Shown: piece after piece, positions 1-11,464 of the stretch
Position numbering within the stretch: the first letter of the stretch is position 1
Layout: the number at the start of each line of letters is the position of its first letter
DNA from: Trichodesmium erythraeum IMS101
Lineage (GTDB): Bacteria > Cyanobacteriota > Cyanobacteriia > Cyanobacteriales > Microcoleaceae
DNA: 32,000 nucleotides
Assembly: GCF_000014265.1 (NCBI RefSeq)
Contig: NC_008312.1
Coordinates: 2,010,001 to 2,042,000, forward strand
Reading direction: 5' to 3'
Notes under the pieces: model-generated
Databases searched by the model: none
Told to the model about the DNA's origin: nothing
What the model saw: only the letters and a program-made list of their open reading frames with translations
Program-made: the position numbers and the translations under genes

Positions 1-747
1 TATCTTGATTCATCTGTGTTTAATCAAGTACATCCTCCTTGATTACATCGTAAATTTTGGGGATTTATGCACAGTGTTATTTATCAACTCCAAAGTTTAT
101 AATTTGGTCACTTTATTGTGCATATTTTATGTTTAATTTTGAATAGTTCTTATTTTTTGTTACCTGATTATTATAATAAAATACCTACTTTTTATGATAC
201 TTGGATATCAACAATTCTTTTCTTTCATATTCTTGAAAATTTAAATGGGAGACCTAATTCTTTAGAAAGGTTAGCATTCTAAATACGCCTAACAAAAACA
301 GATAAATTTTCGGTGGTTTGGTAAATGTGTAATGCTTCTTTTCTAGAAATTAGCACAATCTTAGATTTCAAGTAGTACAGTGGTAAATAAATGGAATAAT
401 TAAGTATGTTTAAAGAAGGATTAGACTAGATTTTTGATTGAGTTTTACAATAGTTTTATTCTCTTCTATATTCCGTGCTTTAAAAAGTAGTATAAAAAAT
501 GTTTCAGCTATTAGTTGATCAGGAAATATAAAAGGCTTCAGATATCAGACTATAGGGTGAGTAATATTAGCTGAATAAAAGTGATTATTCTCCCCAATGC
601 TTCTTAAAAACTTACTCCTGTAATACCGTTTTACGAAAGTCATACATTCATTCATTTAAAACTCATGCATGAATATTTTATATTATAGGATCTATTCTTT
701 AAAACTGTAGTAGCTTCAATAAATTATTCTACTTCCATTGTTTGAAA

Positions 748-880
748 CTAAGTAGGTTGGTGTTGAAATTTGTCGCTATGTAACAAAATGTAAATTAACC
801 TCAAATCAACTGTGTGAAGGATCTTAGATTCAGTACACAAATATTAATATAGCTAAGTTTTTTCACGCCACCTACTTAGT
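748..880 (+). mobile_element. MITE-like ~133-bp non-coding repeat (family A), copy 1
   Basis: 748-880 aligns end to end with the reverse complement of 29096-29230. The first ~65 nt are nearly identical (GTGTTGAAATTTGTCGCTATGTAACAAAATGTAAATTAACCTCAAATCA); the rest is more diverged. The ends are imperfect inverted repeats (CTAAGTAGGTTGGTG ... CGCCACCTACTTAG). No ORF. Confidence 0.6.
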
Positions 881-1161
881 TTGCTTGGTATGCTGGGGGT
901 CAGGGGAGGGTTAACTTCATTTCTGCCGCGTAGCGCTTAAGCCCAAATATATTCTAATAAGGTTTAGATAAAACTAAAACTCATGAATTAAGAATTAATT
1001 AGAGTAGCCGTTTAGATTACAGAATTACCAAAAAATCCTTAACTGAACTTATTGGATTATAGTTCAATTTGACTGATTAAGTGGTGTAAGTCCTATTAGT
1101 AAAAACACAGCAATAATTAATAAGGGAAAAATTATATTTGAATTTTTCAAGGGTGAATAAA

Positions 1162-2967
1162 TTATTTTAATGCTTTCTCAATTAAGTCTTTTAAGGTAGA
1201 TAATACTTGCGCGACAACAATTTCCTGGCATTGGTGAGTAGATCTTTCTATAAGTTCAACCTTGCCAGATTTTAATGATCGCCCAGTAACTATTCGATAG
1301 GGAATACCAATTAAATCTGCATCTTTAAATTTAACACCTGCACGTTCATCTCGGTCATCTAAAATAGTGTCTATTCCTGCTTCATTTAATTCCTTATAAA
1401 GATTTCCTGCTACTTCTATTTGTTGAGTATCTTTAATATTAGGAATACAAATAACTACATGATAGGGAGCAATAGCCACAGGCCAAATTATACCATCTTT
1501 GTCATAAGACTGTTCTACTGCCGCTTGGGCTAAACGAGACACTCCCACACCATAACATCCCATTAACAATGGTACTTCCTGGCCCTGTTCATTTGTATAG
1601 GTTGCTCCCATAGCTTCAGAATATTTTGTCCCCAACTGAAATATATGACCCACCTCAATGCCTCTAGCAGTTTCTAGAGTTTTACTAGGGTCATGTACAG
1701 CGCGATCGCCTTTTTTAGCCTTTCGCACATCTACCACCAACTTTGGCAAAGCAAATTCTTGACCCCAATTTGCCCCCACAATATGATTACCTAGTTCATT
1801 ACTACCAGTTGCAAAATTTGTCAAGTATACTGCTGTTTTATCGACCATTCGTAGGAACTTAGGACTAACCTGTTTACTAGAAGTGATATAATCATCAGAT
1901 AAATCTGGAGCAATATAACCCAAAGGTAAAGACTTAGCTGCCCATTTCTTTTGAGCTTCCACATCCGGTACACTCAAAGCCAAAACAGTTTTGGCCTCAT
2001 AATTTCCAGCTAACCTAGTCAACTCATTCAACAACTTCACATCATTAACATCTTGGTCTCCCCGAATACTCACCAATACTAAAACACTAATCCCATTATC
2101 ATAAACGGCTTGGTACAAAACATTTTTGACTATATTAGTTGCAGAACAATGGAGAAACTCACACATCTTTTCAATAGTTTCTGTACCAGGAGTTTCCAAT
2201 TTGTCATAAGTATCAAAAGGTGAAGCTTCTACATCTACAGGCAACGAGATAGCCTTTTCCATATTTGCCGCATACTTACCATCTTGGGTATAGAGAATTT
2301 CATCCTCGCCAGCATCGGCCAAAACCATAAATTCTTGGGAAGCAGAACCACCTATGGCCCCAGAATCAGCATCAACGGCCCGAAACTGTAACCCACTGCG
2401 ACGTAACATATTTCGATAAGCCTTATCCATATCCTGATAAGTTTTTTTCAGACTTTCCTCATCAGCATGAAAGGAATAGCCATCTTTCATAATAAATTCT
2501 CGACCTCGCATTAACCCAAATCTAGGACGAATTTCATCTCGGAATTTAGTTTGAAGTTGATAGAGATGTATGGGTAGTTGCCTATAGGAACGAATAATAT
2601 CTTTAGCAATAGTAGTTATTACCTCTTCATGAGTTGGCCCTAAACCTAATTCTCGATTTTGACGGTCAATTAAAGAAAACATGATACCCTCAGCCTGGGT
2701 ATAAGTATCCCAGCGACCAGACTCTTGCCAAAGTTCGGCGGGTTGGAGTTGGGGAAGCAAACATTCTTGGGCGCCAGTAGCGTTCATTTCTTCTCGAACA
2801 ATTGTGGAAACTTTATTGATGACTCGCAACATTAAGGGGAGATATGCGTAAATACCATTACCAATACGACGAATATATCCAGCACGGATGAGGAGTTTGT
2901 GGCTAGGAATTTCTGCTTCAGCAGGGTCATCCCGTAAAGTGACCAATAACATTTGAGATAGTCGCAT
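1162..2967 (-). CDS. proS: Prolyl-tRNA synthetase (bacterial type with editing insertion)
   Basis: 601-aa ORF. Class II aaRS motif 2 ([17 protein letters not shown]) and motif 3 ([13 protein letters not shown]), a long insertion between them typical of bacterial ProRS, and a C-terminal anticodon-binding-like region. N-terminus [34 protein letters not shown] is typical of ProS. Confidence 0.95.
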   Translation of the reverse strand: MRLSQMLLVTLRDDPAEAEIPSHKLLIRAGYIRRIGNGIYAYLPLMLRVINKVSTIVREEMNATGAQECLLPQLQPAELWQESGRWDTYTQAEGIMFSLIDRQNRELGLGPTHEEVITTIAKDIIRSYRQLPIHLYQLQTKFRDEIRPRFGLMRGREFIMKDGYSFHADEESLKKTYQDMDKAYRNMLRRSGLQFRAVDADSGAIGGSASQEFMVLADAGEDEILYTQDGKYAANMEKAISLPVDVEASPFDTYDKLETPGTETIEKMCEFLHCSATNIVKNVLYQAVYDNGISVLVLVSIRGDQDVNDVKLLNELTRLAGNYEAKTVLALSVPDVEAQKKWAAKSLPLGYIAPDLSDDYITSSKQVSPKFLRMVDKTAVYLTNFATGSNELGNHIVGANWGQEFALPKLVVDVRKAKKGDRAVHDPSKTLETARGIEVGHIFQLGTKYSEAMGATYTNEQGQEVPLLMGCYGVGVSRLAQAAVEQSYDKDGIIWPVAIAPYHVVICIPNIKDTQQIEVAGNLYKELNEAGIDTILDDRDERAGVKFKDADLIGIPYRIVTGRSLKSGKVELIERSTHQCQEIVVAQVLSTLKDLIEKALK

Positions 2968-3420
2968 TGTTGCTCCTTGGTAAAAATAATGATTATCTCA
3001 GATTAGTTTAAGACATCTAGTATATTGCTAAACAAAAAGCAAAGGGTAATACTTTATCGTTTATTACAATCACAATAGTTTTTCAGATTGTACCAATTTC
3101 AAATTAAGTCTGTTTAACTTTAGGGAGAAGTCCTACGCTTCAACTAAGTAGACTTAGTAGATAAATGGTAATTAATATAGTTGACAACTTTCAAAAAGTA
3201 TGTTCCATAACTTTAACACGGTTAAGACTTACGTAGCTACTACCACTATGTATATAGTAGGGATTTTTTCGTAGGGGTTTTTATGTTATGGAACACTCCA
3301 GCCTTGACCGCTACTTTTCCTGTATAGTTTTGTCTTTTATGTTAAATGAAATTCCCTGGAAAGATGAGAGTCTCAGTTTATAGTGATAGCATTAGCGTTA
3401 GGTAGTTAACCAAGCATATT

Positions 3421-3852
3421 ATGGAAAAGTCAGAAATTAAGACACAATTTCCTCTTGTGACAGTCGGTGCTTTAATTAAAGGACCTTCTAATCGAATATT
3501 AATTGTTGAAACGACAAAATGGAAGGGTACATGGGGAGTACCTGGGGGAAAGGTTGATTGGGGAGAAAGTTTAGAAGCTGCTGTGGCGCGAGAATTTACA
3601 GAGGAGGTGGGGTTGAAATTAACTAATATTTGCTTTGCTATGTTCCATGAGGCAATACTAGACCCACAATTTTATAAGGAGGCTCATTTTATTATGTTTA
3701 ATTATTGGGCAACATCTGATGGAGAAGATGTTGTGCCTAATGAAGAAATTGTACGATGGGAGTGGGTAACTCCTGAAGTGGCTTTAGATTATCCTTTGAA
3801 TAGTTATACTAGGATACTTATTGAAAAATTTAAGTCTCAAATCTCTTTGTGA
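3421..3852 (+). CDS. NUDIX hydrolase
   Basis: 143-aa ORF with a complete Nudix box GX5EX7REUXEEXGU: GKVDWGESLEAAVAREFTEEVGL. Confidence 0.85.
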   Translation: MEKSEIKTQFPLVTVGALIKGPSNRILIVETTKWKGTWGVPGGKVDWGESLEAAVAREFTEEVGLKLTNICFAMFHEAILDPQFYKEAHFIMFNYWATSDGEDVVPNEEIVRWEWVTPEVALDYPLNSYTRILIEKFKSQISL

Positions 3853-4139
3853 ATTGTACATAGCTATTTTACAGTTAAAGAAAATTTTGCTTAATTTTGG
3901 GTGTGGAGTGTGGTTAAAAAATTGAGTAAAAAAGGATTTTCTGAAGACCTAGGGAGGTTCAATATAGAGTTGTTCAGATCAATGAGGTATAATTTTATTG
4001 GTGTGTAAAGCAATGTCTGAATATTGAATTATGTCACTTCCCCTAAAGCCTTGGTAATATAGAGTTGTGACTTTATAAGGTAAATTAAGAATTAGTAGGG
4101 AGTTGGAAATAGGACAATGTTAGTATAAATTGAGTGCTA

Positions 4140-4735
4140 AAAGAAGACTGCCTATTAAGGGCATTGACTGAACTAAACCGTAAGGCATTCGATGAATTAT
4201 TAGAAGCTTTGTGTGTCTAACTTAAGTTGGAAGCGATATAGCTGCCGCCACTAGGCTCTGCCAACGCTACAATGTAAAAACAAGGACTACTGACTATAGG
4301 AGGATGACGAAAAGTCTGGTTGTTAGAGCCTAAAGACAAGCTATTTTTCATATTGTTCTACTTTAAATGCTACCCTACCTTTTATGTGCCTGGATTATTG
4401 TTTAACCTACACCGCAGCCGAGCATACTGTTGGATGTTAAGACTACAACTATTACTGGATAATGCATTGGACCGAAGGCAGAGTCTTACTAGAATGTAAA
4501 TTAGAAGCTATAGAGGAGTTCATAATTAGATTTCCATCTGTCACAGAAGTAATGATTTATGGGACAGAGCGACTCATTCAACGTCCTCAAGACCAATAGA
4601 AACAGAAAGATCATTACTCATGTCAAAAAAAGCGTCTAACCCGTAAACATCTAATCCTCAAAATTCGGGAGCGGCGAGTCTTAGTTCTATCGAATTAGAG
4701 AGGGTAAGGTTCATGACAAACGGCAGTTGGAGGAA
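4140..4735 (+). pseudogene. Decayed DDE transposase remnant (IS5/Harbinger-like, DDE_Tnp_4 type)
   Basis: Plus-strand frames read IYGTERLIQRPQDQ*KQKDHYSCQKKRLTRKHLIL then LVLSN*RG*GS*QT. This matches the DGTExPIQRP...YSGKKKxHTxK...LSxTxxGxxHD core of this transposase type but is broken by several in-frame stops. Recognised from memory only. Confidence 0.45.
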
Positions 4736-4749
4736 GAGAAAAAAGAAAT

Positions 4750-5262
4750 AAGTTTGGATGGAGCAATGGTGAGGTTACGCACTCCACGTTTGGCAAGTAA
4801 GTAAATGGTGGGAATACATTGCCCTCAATATACAAAGTTAAGTCAAGGTAGCATTTTTTAAAGATAATGAAGGATCATGATCTTGAATTAATTGCCAACT
4901 TTTGGAAGAAAAGTTCCCCTGCTTAGGAGATGAAGATGACGGAGTATGGGATATCTTTGTGACTCTGGGCACAGCACAGCAACGGGAAGAGATATTGGAG
5001 TGCTATCATAATTATGGGAAACTTATACAAAGTGCAAGGAACTCAAGTGCAGCAGGATCAAGTGTGAAATTATCTCTGGCAAGGTCAGTCCACTAATTCT
5101 ATTCCCTATCTGAGTCAACATCAATAACTGAGGTTCAAATACTTTGATTCAATAGTTGAGAAAGCATCAATCTCGTATTATTAACTACTAGGTCAGGCAA
5201 GCTATAGGAGGTTTAGTCGGTTCAGGATCAGTTGAATCTTTAGTTAGGCAAATTGGTTACAG
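4750..5262 (+). pseudogene. Decayed transposase remnant, ISKra4-like (tentative)
   Basis: Frames read LDGAMVRLRTPR..., LGDEDDGVWDIFVTLGTAQQREEILECYHNYGKLIQSA (the 64-aa ORF 4902-5096) and GSGSVESLVRQIG. The order and motifs resemble ISKra4/UPF0236-type transposases. Stops and frameshifts are present, and it is cut off at ~5262 by the next element. Confidence 0.35.
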
Positions 5263-6290
5263 CTATTGTTTCTCTCTTCAAACGTACAGGTATTATATTG
5301 TCACTTAATAGGAGCAGCAAATACTATTGAATATATATGAATGTTATTAGGATGTCATAGTACAACTTGATCATGATGGTTTGTTACCTACATAAAATTG
5401 GTTATAGAAGGTTTATTGAACAAGAAAAAAATTGTTGGTAAACCTAGGGAAATATCGCCCATATTAGAAAATAAACTTGGAGCTTAACTAGAAAAATATG
5501 AAGGTTTTAGTGGTTGTAATTAAATACAAATATGGTTAAAAGTAGTATGTGATATTAATTTCCAATACTAAATAGTACAAAGGTATGTTTATGAGTACTT
5601 AAATGTTAAATAAAAGTGCCTCTTCCAGTAAGCATTAAATAAAATTTAACAAATTTTGAAGAGTAAAAAAAATGCCATAATTGCTAGAAAAAGCTATTAA
5701 AAAATTTAAATTCTAGGAAAAATCCTGTAAAAAAAATTAGGTTATGGTGTAGTTATAAAGCTAGAAATAGATGAAAAACTATTACTTTAAAAGTAATAAC
5801 TATTAAAGGAATTAAGGATCAATAAACTCAACAATAGAAGTCTAAATATTTGTATTTATATGGATTAAATTAAACCCAATTTAGGATTTTTTTCTATAGT
5901 TTTTAGTTTATATAATTTTTTATTTAAATATTTTCGGATATATTTTTCCATAATTACTCTAATTATTTACATCTAATTCAAGTAGATAGCTTTGGATACT
6001 ATCAATTATTAAACTTAATTTTTTTTAATAATATTATTATCATATTTAAACAAAGTTATTGTCTAGAATTTAATCTGGTAGAGAGGTTATGATTAGCAAT
6101 AAAACAAAAGCTGAAGTGGATAATATTTGGAGATTTATCAGACTTTTTGATAAAATATTTAAGGAAATTATACTAAATATTAACCAGGATTTTGTCGCTT
6201 CATTAACAGGATGGTAGTTCATCATTGAGGTTTTAGAAAAAGTAGATATAATCAACAATTTTAATTGACCAGCTCCGGCTGATTAAGTAA
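5262..6290 (+). mobile_element. Heavily decayed IS630-family element (family X), copy 1, 5' truncated
   Basis: Colinear nucleotide homology with 20399-21385 (e.g. CACTTAATAGGAGCAGCA.ATACTATTGAATATATAT, ATTAACCAGGA). Frames retain IS630 hallmarks in order (HTH region, YVYEYLN.K, decayed DDE region) but with many stops. Confidence 0.6.
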
Positions 6291-6429
6291 GTTATCAATA
6301 ATGGTAGTTTTGACGTACGCATATATGAATAAGTGATTTTTTTACATATATTTAAGAGGAGTATTAAGTATAGCATTTTTTTTTAGAAATAGTATTAAAG
6401 GACGTCTATAAATAAAACTTTAAGTGACA

Positions 6430-6860
6430 AGACGATTTAACATCAGTGAAATCACGGCTATATGAACAACAGATTCACTTACTTCCGCTCAACCCTCCTA
6501 ATCTTTACTGAGTTCTCTTTGGCGTCTAAGCCTATCTAAAGTTTTCTCCAGCACCCAATGTTGAGATCCAACCTCAAAACTTTCATGAACTTGTAGGCGA
6601 TCGTGAATTCATTGCCAGACTCCAAGACTCCTGACATTTTCGGCAACCATACACAGTAAAGGCCGGTGGGAAGTCATGGGGTAAGAGTTCCCAGGTGCAA
6701 CCACTACGATGACTGTAGAGAATACTATTAACAACTTCTGGTAACTCTACTGTTTGTTTCCTTCCTCTGGATGTTTCAGAAAAAGCCATAGCTAGCATGG
6801 GAGCTATCATTTGCCAAGTAGCGATACCTTAGCTCTTTGGAATAGTTGAGAGCGAGCCAT
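6430..6860 (-). pseudogene. IS5-family transposase N-terminal remnant (DUF4096-type)
   Basis: Minus-strand frames read [17 protein letters not shown], then (frameshift) [40 protein letters not shown], then [18 protein letters not shown]. This is the typical (R)KxxxLREVVNAILY..TGCQWRxLPxDFPPWxTVY pattern. Frameshifted and truncated. Confidence 0.6.
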
Positions 6861-7344
6861 GTTCTCAATGTTTCAGCTCTAGTTGACGAGTTAGATTTTC
6901 TCTGTTTTACTTACTCCTCATTTTATTTTAATTTTTTTTTACAGATACCCTCTTAAAATGAGCTTACCGTGATTAATTAGCTGTAACAAATTCCCTACCT
7001 TTAGTCATCTTTAGATGATTTTATCTGTCAGTACAAAAAACTTATTTTTTTGGATATTAAAAGGCTAAAAAACTGATTATATTTTGTCGATTTTCTCCAA
7101 ATATAAATATTAAATTAATTTTTTATAGGCACTTAATAAAGACATTATAAGATCTTATATATAAATACTTAGGAAGTGTCAAAATATGCTCATCAAGAAC
7201 AATAAAAAAACTTGATTCCAGTCCCTTTAAAATTTGTGATGGCGGTTTTAAAGAAAAATGGTTAGTTGTAAAAATTTGGCTGCCATTTATTAAACCTGTT
7301 CTTATCTTTTTTAAAGGTTATTGACCTAACATTAGTAGTAAATT

Positions 7345-8265
7345 ATGGATAAATTAAAAGGACGAGATTTATTAAGTCTGGCAAACTTGAATTCTGAAGA
7401 ATTAAAAGAAATTTTACAATTAGCAGCCCAACTAAAATCGGGTGAAATAAATCTTAAATGTAATAAAGTACTAGGATTATTATTTTCTAAAGCATCTACA
7501 AGAACCAGGGTAAGTTTTACCGTAGCAATGTATCAATTGGGAGGTCAAGTTATTGATTTGAATCCTAATGTTACTCAGGTTAGTCGGGGAGAAAGTTTGG
7601 AAGATACTGCTAGGGTTTTAGACGGATATTTAGATATTTTAGCAATTCGTACTTTTGAACAAAAAGACTTAGAAAGTTTTGCAAATTATGCAAAAATTCC
7701 TGTTATTAATGCTCTTACAGATAGGGAACATCCTTGTCAGATATTAGCTGATTTATTAACTGTTCAAGAAAATTTTGGCAAGCTAGATGGAATAACTTTA
7801 AGTTATTTTGGTGATGGTAATAATGTGGCAAATTCTTTACTATTAGGTTGTGCAATGGTAGGAATAAATGTCAGGATAGCAACTCCAGAAAATTATCTGC
7901 CAAATAAGGAAATTGTGGAACAAGCAAAGACTATTGCTAATGGTAAAAGTGAAGTTCTAGTTACTCAAGACCCCCAGGTAGCAGTTAAGGATAGTCAAGT
8001 GCTTTATACTGATGTTTGGGCAAGCATGGGACAAGAACAGGAAGCGAATAATCGAATTCCTATTTTTCAGCCTTATCAAGTTAATGAAAAGTTGGTAGAA
8101 AGTGCGGCAGATGATGTAATAATTTTACATTGTTTACCAGCACATAGGGATGAGGAAATTACTGATGCAGTAATAGAAGGAAAGAAATCACTAGTTTGGG
8201 AGCAAGCAGAAAATCGAATGCACGCTCAAAAAGCTTTATTGATAAGTATCTTAGGAAGTGATTAG
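7345..8265 (+). CDS. argF: Ornithine carbamoyltransferase
   Basis: 306-aa ORF. Carbamoyl-phosphate motif STRTRVSF, HPCQ, DVWASMG and ornithine-site HCLPAH. N-terminus LKGRDLLSLANL is typical of OTCase. Confidence 0.93.
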   Translation: MDKLKGRDLLSLANLNSEELKEILQLAAQLKSGEINLKCNKVLGLLFSKASTRTRVSFTVAMYQLGGQVIDLNPNVTQVSRGESLEDTARVLDGYLDILAIRTFEQKDLESFANYAKIPVINALTDREHPCQILADLLTVQENFGKLDGITLSYFGDGNNVANSLLLGCAMVGINVRIATPENYLPNKEIVEQAKTIANGKSEVLVTQDPQVAVKDSQVLYTDVWASMGQEQEANNRIPIFQPYQVNEKLVESAADDVIILHCLPAHRDEEITDAVIEGKKSLVWEQAENRMHAQKALLISILGSD

Positions 8266-8418
8266 AGCTTACAAAAAAAGTTGAGTTGTATAGTACTACG
8301 CGCAAGTAAAAAGTCAACCTCTTCTTTCCCTCAGAGTTTATTTTTTTAACTAGAAAAAAATTTCTCACGGGGTGACAAGCAAGCTATCAATGTATGTTTG
8401 TTACCCCCCCATGAGGTA

Positions 8419-8792
8419 GGGCCAGCTCATTTTAACAATTATTGACAAATAGTATCTTTTCTAATCGTATTGTCCTGACAGCTTTTGAGATTAATTTAGT
8501 GACGAAAATATATTCCAGTTGTTAACAGTACTTTGATATTTTTGACAGTGAAAATGGCTTCAAACCCAACATGGAGAAGGAAAGTACATTGCTCGGGTTA
8601 GAAATAGCTCAAACCCAGATATATCAAAAAACAGTTTGATGCTATTTTAAATATATTTTTTACTAAAGTCTCGTTAAGCAATAAAACCGATAATATGAAA
8701 ATTCTGTGATATTTATAATTCCTTGAAAAGCTTGTATTGCAAGCAGATTATCAAAATATTGATTTGTCAATAAAATTTTAGATGAGCTTGCC
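8419..8792. mobile_element. MITE-like non-coding element (family B), long copy (~375 bp)
   Basis: Terminal inverted repeats GGCCAGCTCATTTTAACAATTATTGACAAAT (left) and ATTTGTCAATAAAATTTTAGATGAGCTTGCC (right). Both ends and an internal block (GATAATATGAAAATT.TGTGATATTTATAATT.CTTGAAAAGCTTGTATTG.AAGCAG) recur at 28262-28490. A second, outer inverted pair CTCACGGGGTGACAAGCAAGCT (8365-8386) / GAGCTTGCCTTGCCCCGTGAG (8784-8804) suggests a nested or extended end. Confidence 0.6.
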
Positions 8793-9401
8793 TTGCCCCG
8801 TGAGTTCACACACTGTTATTTTGAAGTGATACCAATTTTTATAAGTAATATTTATGTTTAATAATACTTTGTTGGTATATTTTTGATTGATAATACAGTT
8901 ATCAAACATTAAGTATCTTTCTGTAAGTATTGTTTTAGCTATTGGACAATTTTATATTTCACATTTAGCCAAAAATATTGGGTCGGCACAGCTCTCTGTT
9001 AGCAGTGTAGTGATCAGCCAATATAATTGATTAGTTCTTGATATTAATATTGAAAATATTACGTTTTTCCAGATTTAAAATTTGAAAGTTAAATTATTGG
9101 CGATCGCTACATATAATCAGCTATTAACTATTACTTTTAGAGCAAAAAATTATTGATTTATCCAGAATTAAATCTTAGTAAAAAAAATAGCTTCCTTAAC
9201 CTTAAAGTCTATTTTCATATAAACCCTGTCCTTCATTCCATAGTCTTATTGTTTAGAGCTAAGAAGTTGAGCGCTAATAGCTAAATAATTAAGTTAATAT
9301 TCTAAATTACTTACATATCCTAGTAAGTGGTAAATTATAGAGTATTAAAAAATGAATAAATATGGTAAATTCTAAAGGGATTACTTGTTAACTAAAAATT
9401 T

Positions 9402-11213
9402 ATGAAACTAATTGATTGGCTAATTGTTTTACTATACCTTATTTTAACTATGTGGATGGGGCTATATCTATCTCGCAAAGGTGCAAAAAGTTTAGCAGAC
9501 TTTTTTGTTTCTGGGCGATCGCTTCCTTGGTGGTTAGCAGGTACAAGTATGGCAGCTACAACTTTTTCCATAGATACTCCTCTTTATATTACAGGGGTTG
9601 TAGCTAACCGAGGAATAGCTGGTAATTGGGAATGGTGGATTTTTGCTGTTTCTCATGTAATTATGATTTATATTTTTGCTAAAATGTGGCGACGCTCGGA
9701 AGTAATTACTGATGCTGAATTAACTGAAATTCGTTACGGCGGAAATATGGCAGCTGTTCTACGAGGAGTAAAAGCTTTTATCTTTGCTATTCCTATGAAT
9801 TGTATTGCTATTGGTTATGCTATGTTAGCTATGGTTAAAGTTGTTGAAGCATTGCAAATTTGGCAAAGTTTAGGTATTGATGCTAATGCCAATAATCTCA
9901 AATTATTAAGTGTGATAGGTGTAAGTATATTTGTATTAATTTATGCTGGTTTATCTGGTTTATGGGGAGTAGTTGCTACAGATTTTTTCCAATTTTTTCT
10001 AGCACTATTTGGGGCAATTATTGTAGCGTTTTTTGCTGTTAATAGTGTGGGTGGAATACAAGAATTAATTATTAAAATTCCTCAAGTTATCCCAGACAAA
10101 GATATTTTATCATTTGCACCTTTTACTATTGGTGGAAATGGTAACTCTTGGATTACTTTTAGCAAAACAGCAGGCATAACTGCGAGTACATTTTTTGCTT
10201 ATATTGCTATTCAATGGTGGTCTTGGCGCCGCAGTGATGGAGGAGGAGAATTTGTACAAAGATTTGCTGCTGCAAAAAATGAAACAGAAGCAGAAAAAGC
10301 AGCCTGGTTATTTAATATAATGCACTATGTTATTAGAACCTGGCCTTGGATTTTAGTTGCTTTAGCTTCTATTATAATTTACCCCGATTTACAAGATAGA
10401 GAATTGGGTTATCCTAAATTAATGATTGATTTTCTTTCTCCAGGAATTTTAGGCTTAGTTGTTGCTTCTTTAGTGGCAGCATTTATGAGTACAGTTTCTA
10501 CTTCTATTAATTGGGGCGCTTCTTTTATTACTAATGATTTATATCGAAGATTTATTAAACCTGATGCTACTCAGGCAGAATTAGTTTTGGTAGGACGACT
10601 TTCTTCTCTATTAGTAACAGTTTTAGGAGGAGTTGCTGCATTTTTTGCTAAAGATGTGGCAACAGTATTTAGGTTAGTAATAGCTATTGGAACAGGTTCG
10701 GGGTTGGTATTAGTTTTACGTTGGTTTTGGTGGCGAGTAAATGCAGCAGCAGAATTAACTGCTATTGTCGCTAGCTTTTTTGTGGGGATGGCAACTAGTT
10801 TATTTCCTGCCTTCAAAATAGAAGATTTTGGTTTGCGAATTATCTTTATTACTGTAACTGTAACAGTTTTGTGGGTGGTAGCAATGTTGATTACACCGCA
10901 AGAGTCTGATGCTACTTTAGAAGACTTTTATCGGCGATCGCTCCCCGGTGGTCCTGGTTGGCAACGGCAAAGAGTAAGCACTGGTTTAGCTCCTGCACAA
11001 AATTTGGGTAAGGATTTACAAAAGGTTCTGGCATCTATATTATTATTGTTTGGAGCGTTGTTGGCGACTGGTGGTTTCCTGTTACTTAAGCCAACTATTG
11101 GTTGGATATTTATGATTATTGCTGTTTTCAGCGGGATGTGGTTGCGACAACTCAATAAGTCTAAAATTTTACCTATGCCAAGACCAGGGTTAGATGATGA
11201 AGATTTGTTATAA
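9402..11213 (+). CDS. Sodium:solute symporter family (SSF) transporter, substrate unknown
   Basis: 603-aa ORF that is very hydrophobic, with about 13-14 helices by eye. The N-terminal DFFVSGRSLPWWLAGTSMAATTFS motif is typical of the SSF family. Confidence 0.85.
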   Translation: MKLIDWLIVLLYLILTMWMGLYLSRKGAKSLADFFVSGRSLPWWLAGTSMAATTFSIDTPLYITGVVANRGIAGNWEWWIFAVSHVIMIYIFAKMWRRSEVITDAELTEIRYGGNMAAVLRGVKAFIFAIPMNCIAIGYAMLAMVKVVEALQIWQSLGIDANANNLKLLSVIGVSIFVLIYAGLSGLWGVVATDFFQFFLALFGAIIVAFFAVNSVGGIQELIIKIPQVIPDKDILSFAPFTIGGNGNSWITFSKTAGITASTFFAYIAIQWWSWRRSDGGGEFVQRFAAAKNETEAEKAAWLFNIMHYVIRTWPWILVALASIIIYPDLQDRELGYPKLMIDFLSPGILGLVVASLVAAFMSTVSTSINWGASFITNDLYRRFIKPDATQAELVLVGRLSSLLVTVLGGVAAFFAKDVATVFRLVIAIGTGSGLVLVLRWFWWRVNAAAELTAIVASFFVGMATSLFPAFKIEDFGLRIIFITVTVTVLWVVAMLITPQESDATLEDFYRRSLPGGPGWQRQRVSTGLAPAQNLGKDLQKVLASILLLFGALLATGGFLLLKPTIGWIFMIIAVFSGMWLRQLNKSKILPMPRPGLDDEDLL

Positions 11214-11464
11214 ATGACTTCTGAGAATTTATCCATTTTAAAAATGTTTAAAGTAGTTTCGCTTCTTGTGATGTGAAATAATTACCTAGAGGAGTTCTAT
11301 GAAAAGTGTTTTCCTCCTACTGGCGTGTCAAGCTTAAAATAGTTTATTAGGGTTAGAGGTAAGAAGTTATGACCACAGACCATCAGGCAATTGATAAAAA
11401 TTGACAAGAAGAAACAAGCGATCGCTAAGAGAAGATTTGTAAAACAAATCTTAAGAATGGCCTG

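Noticed and set aside
5125-5150. A GGTTCAAAT T-loop-like motif, considered as a tRNA
   Set aside because: No complementary T-stem, acceptor stem or anticodon arm can be drawn around it, and it lies inside the ISKra4-like transposase remnant.
6070-6258. Small minus-strand ORFs inside decayed IS copies: 6070-6258, 13792-14037, 18591-18785, 18896-19096 (partly real IS630-A sequence) and 20757-20951
   Set aside because: They are antisense to, or fragments of, transposase pseudogenes. They are low-complexity and give no independent evidence for function.
8159-8368. Short ORFs antisense to, or out of frame within, well-supported genes: 8159-8368, 9416-9607, 10571-10816, 10928-11236, 13054-13239, 16921-17121, 23628-23843, 26899-27237 and 31245-31508
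   Set aside because: Each lies inside or overlaps a longer ORF with clear family motifs (argF, SSF, dusB, fumC, CHAT-FHA, membrane protein, GT2). They have skewed low-complexity compositions and no motifs. These are typical shadow ORFs.
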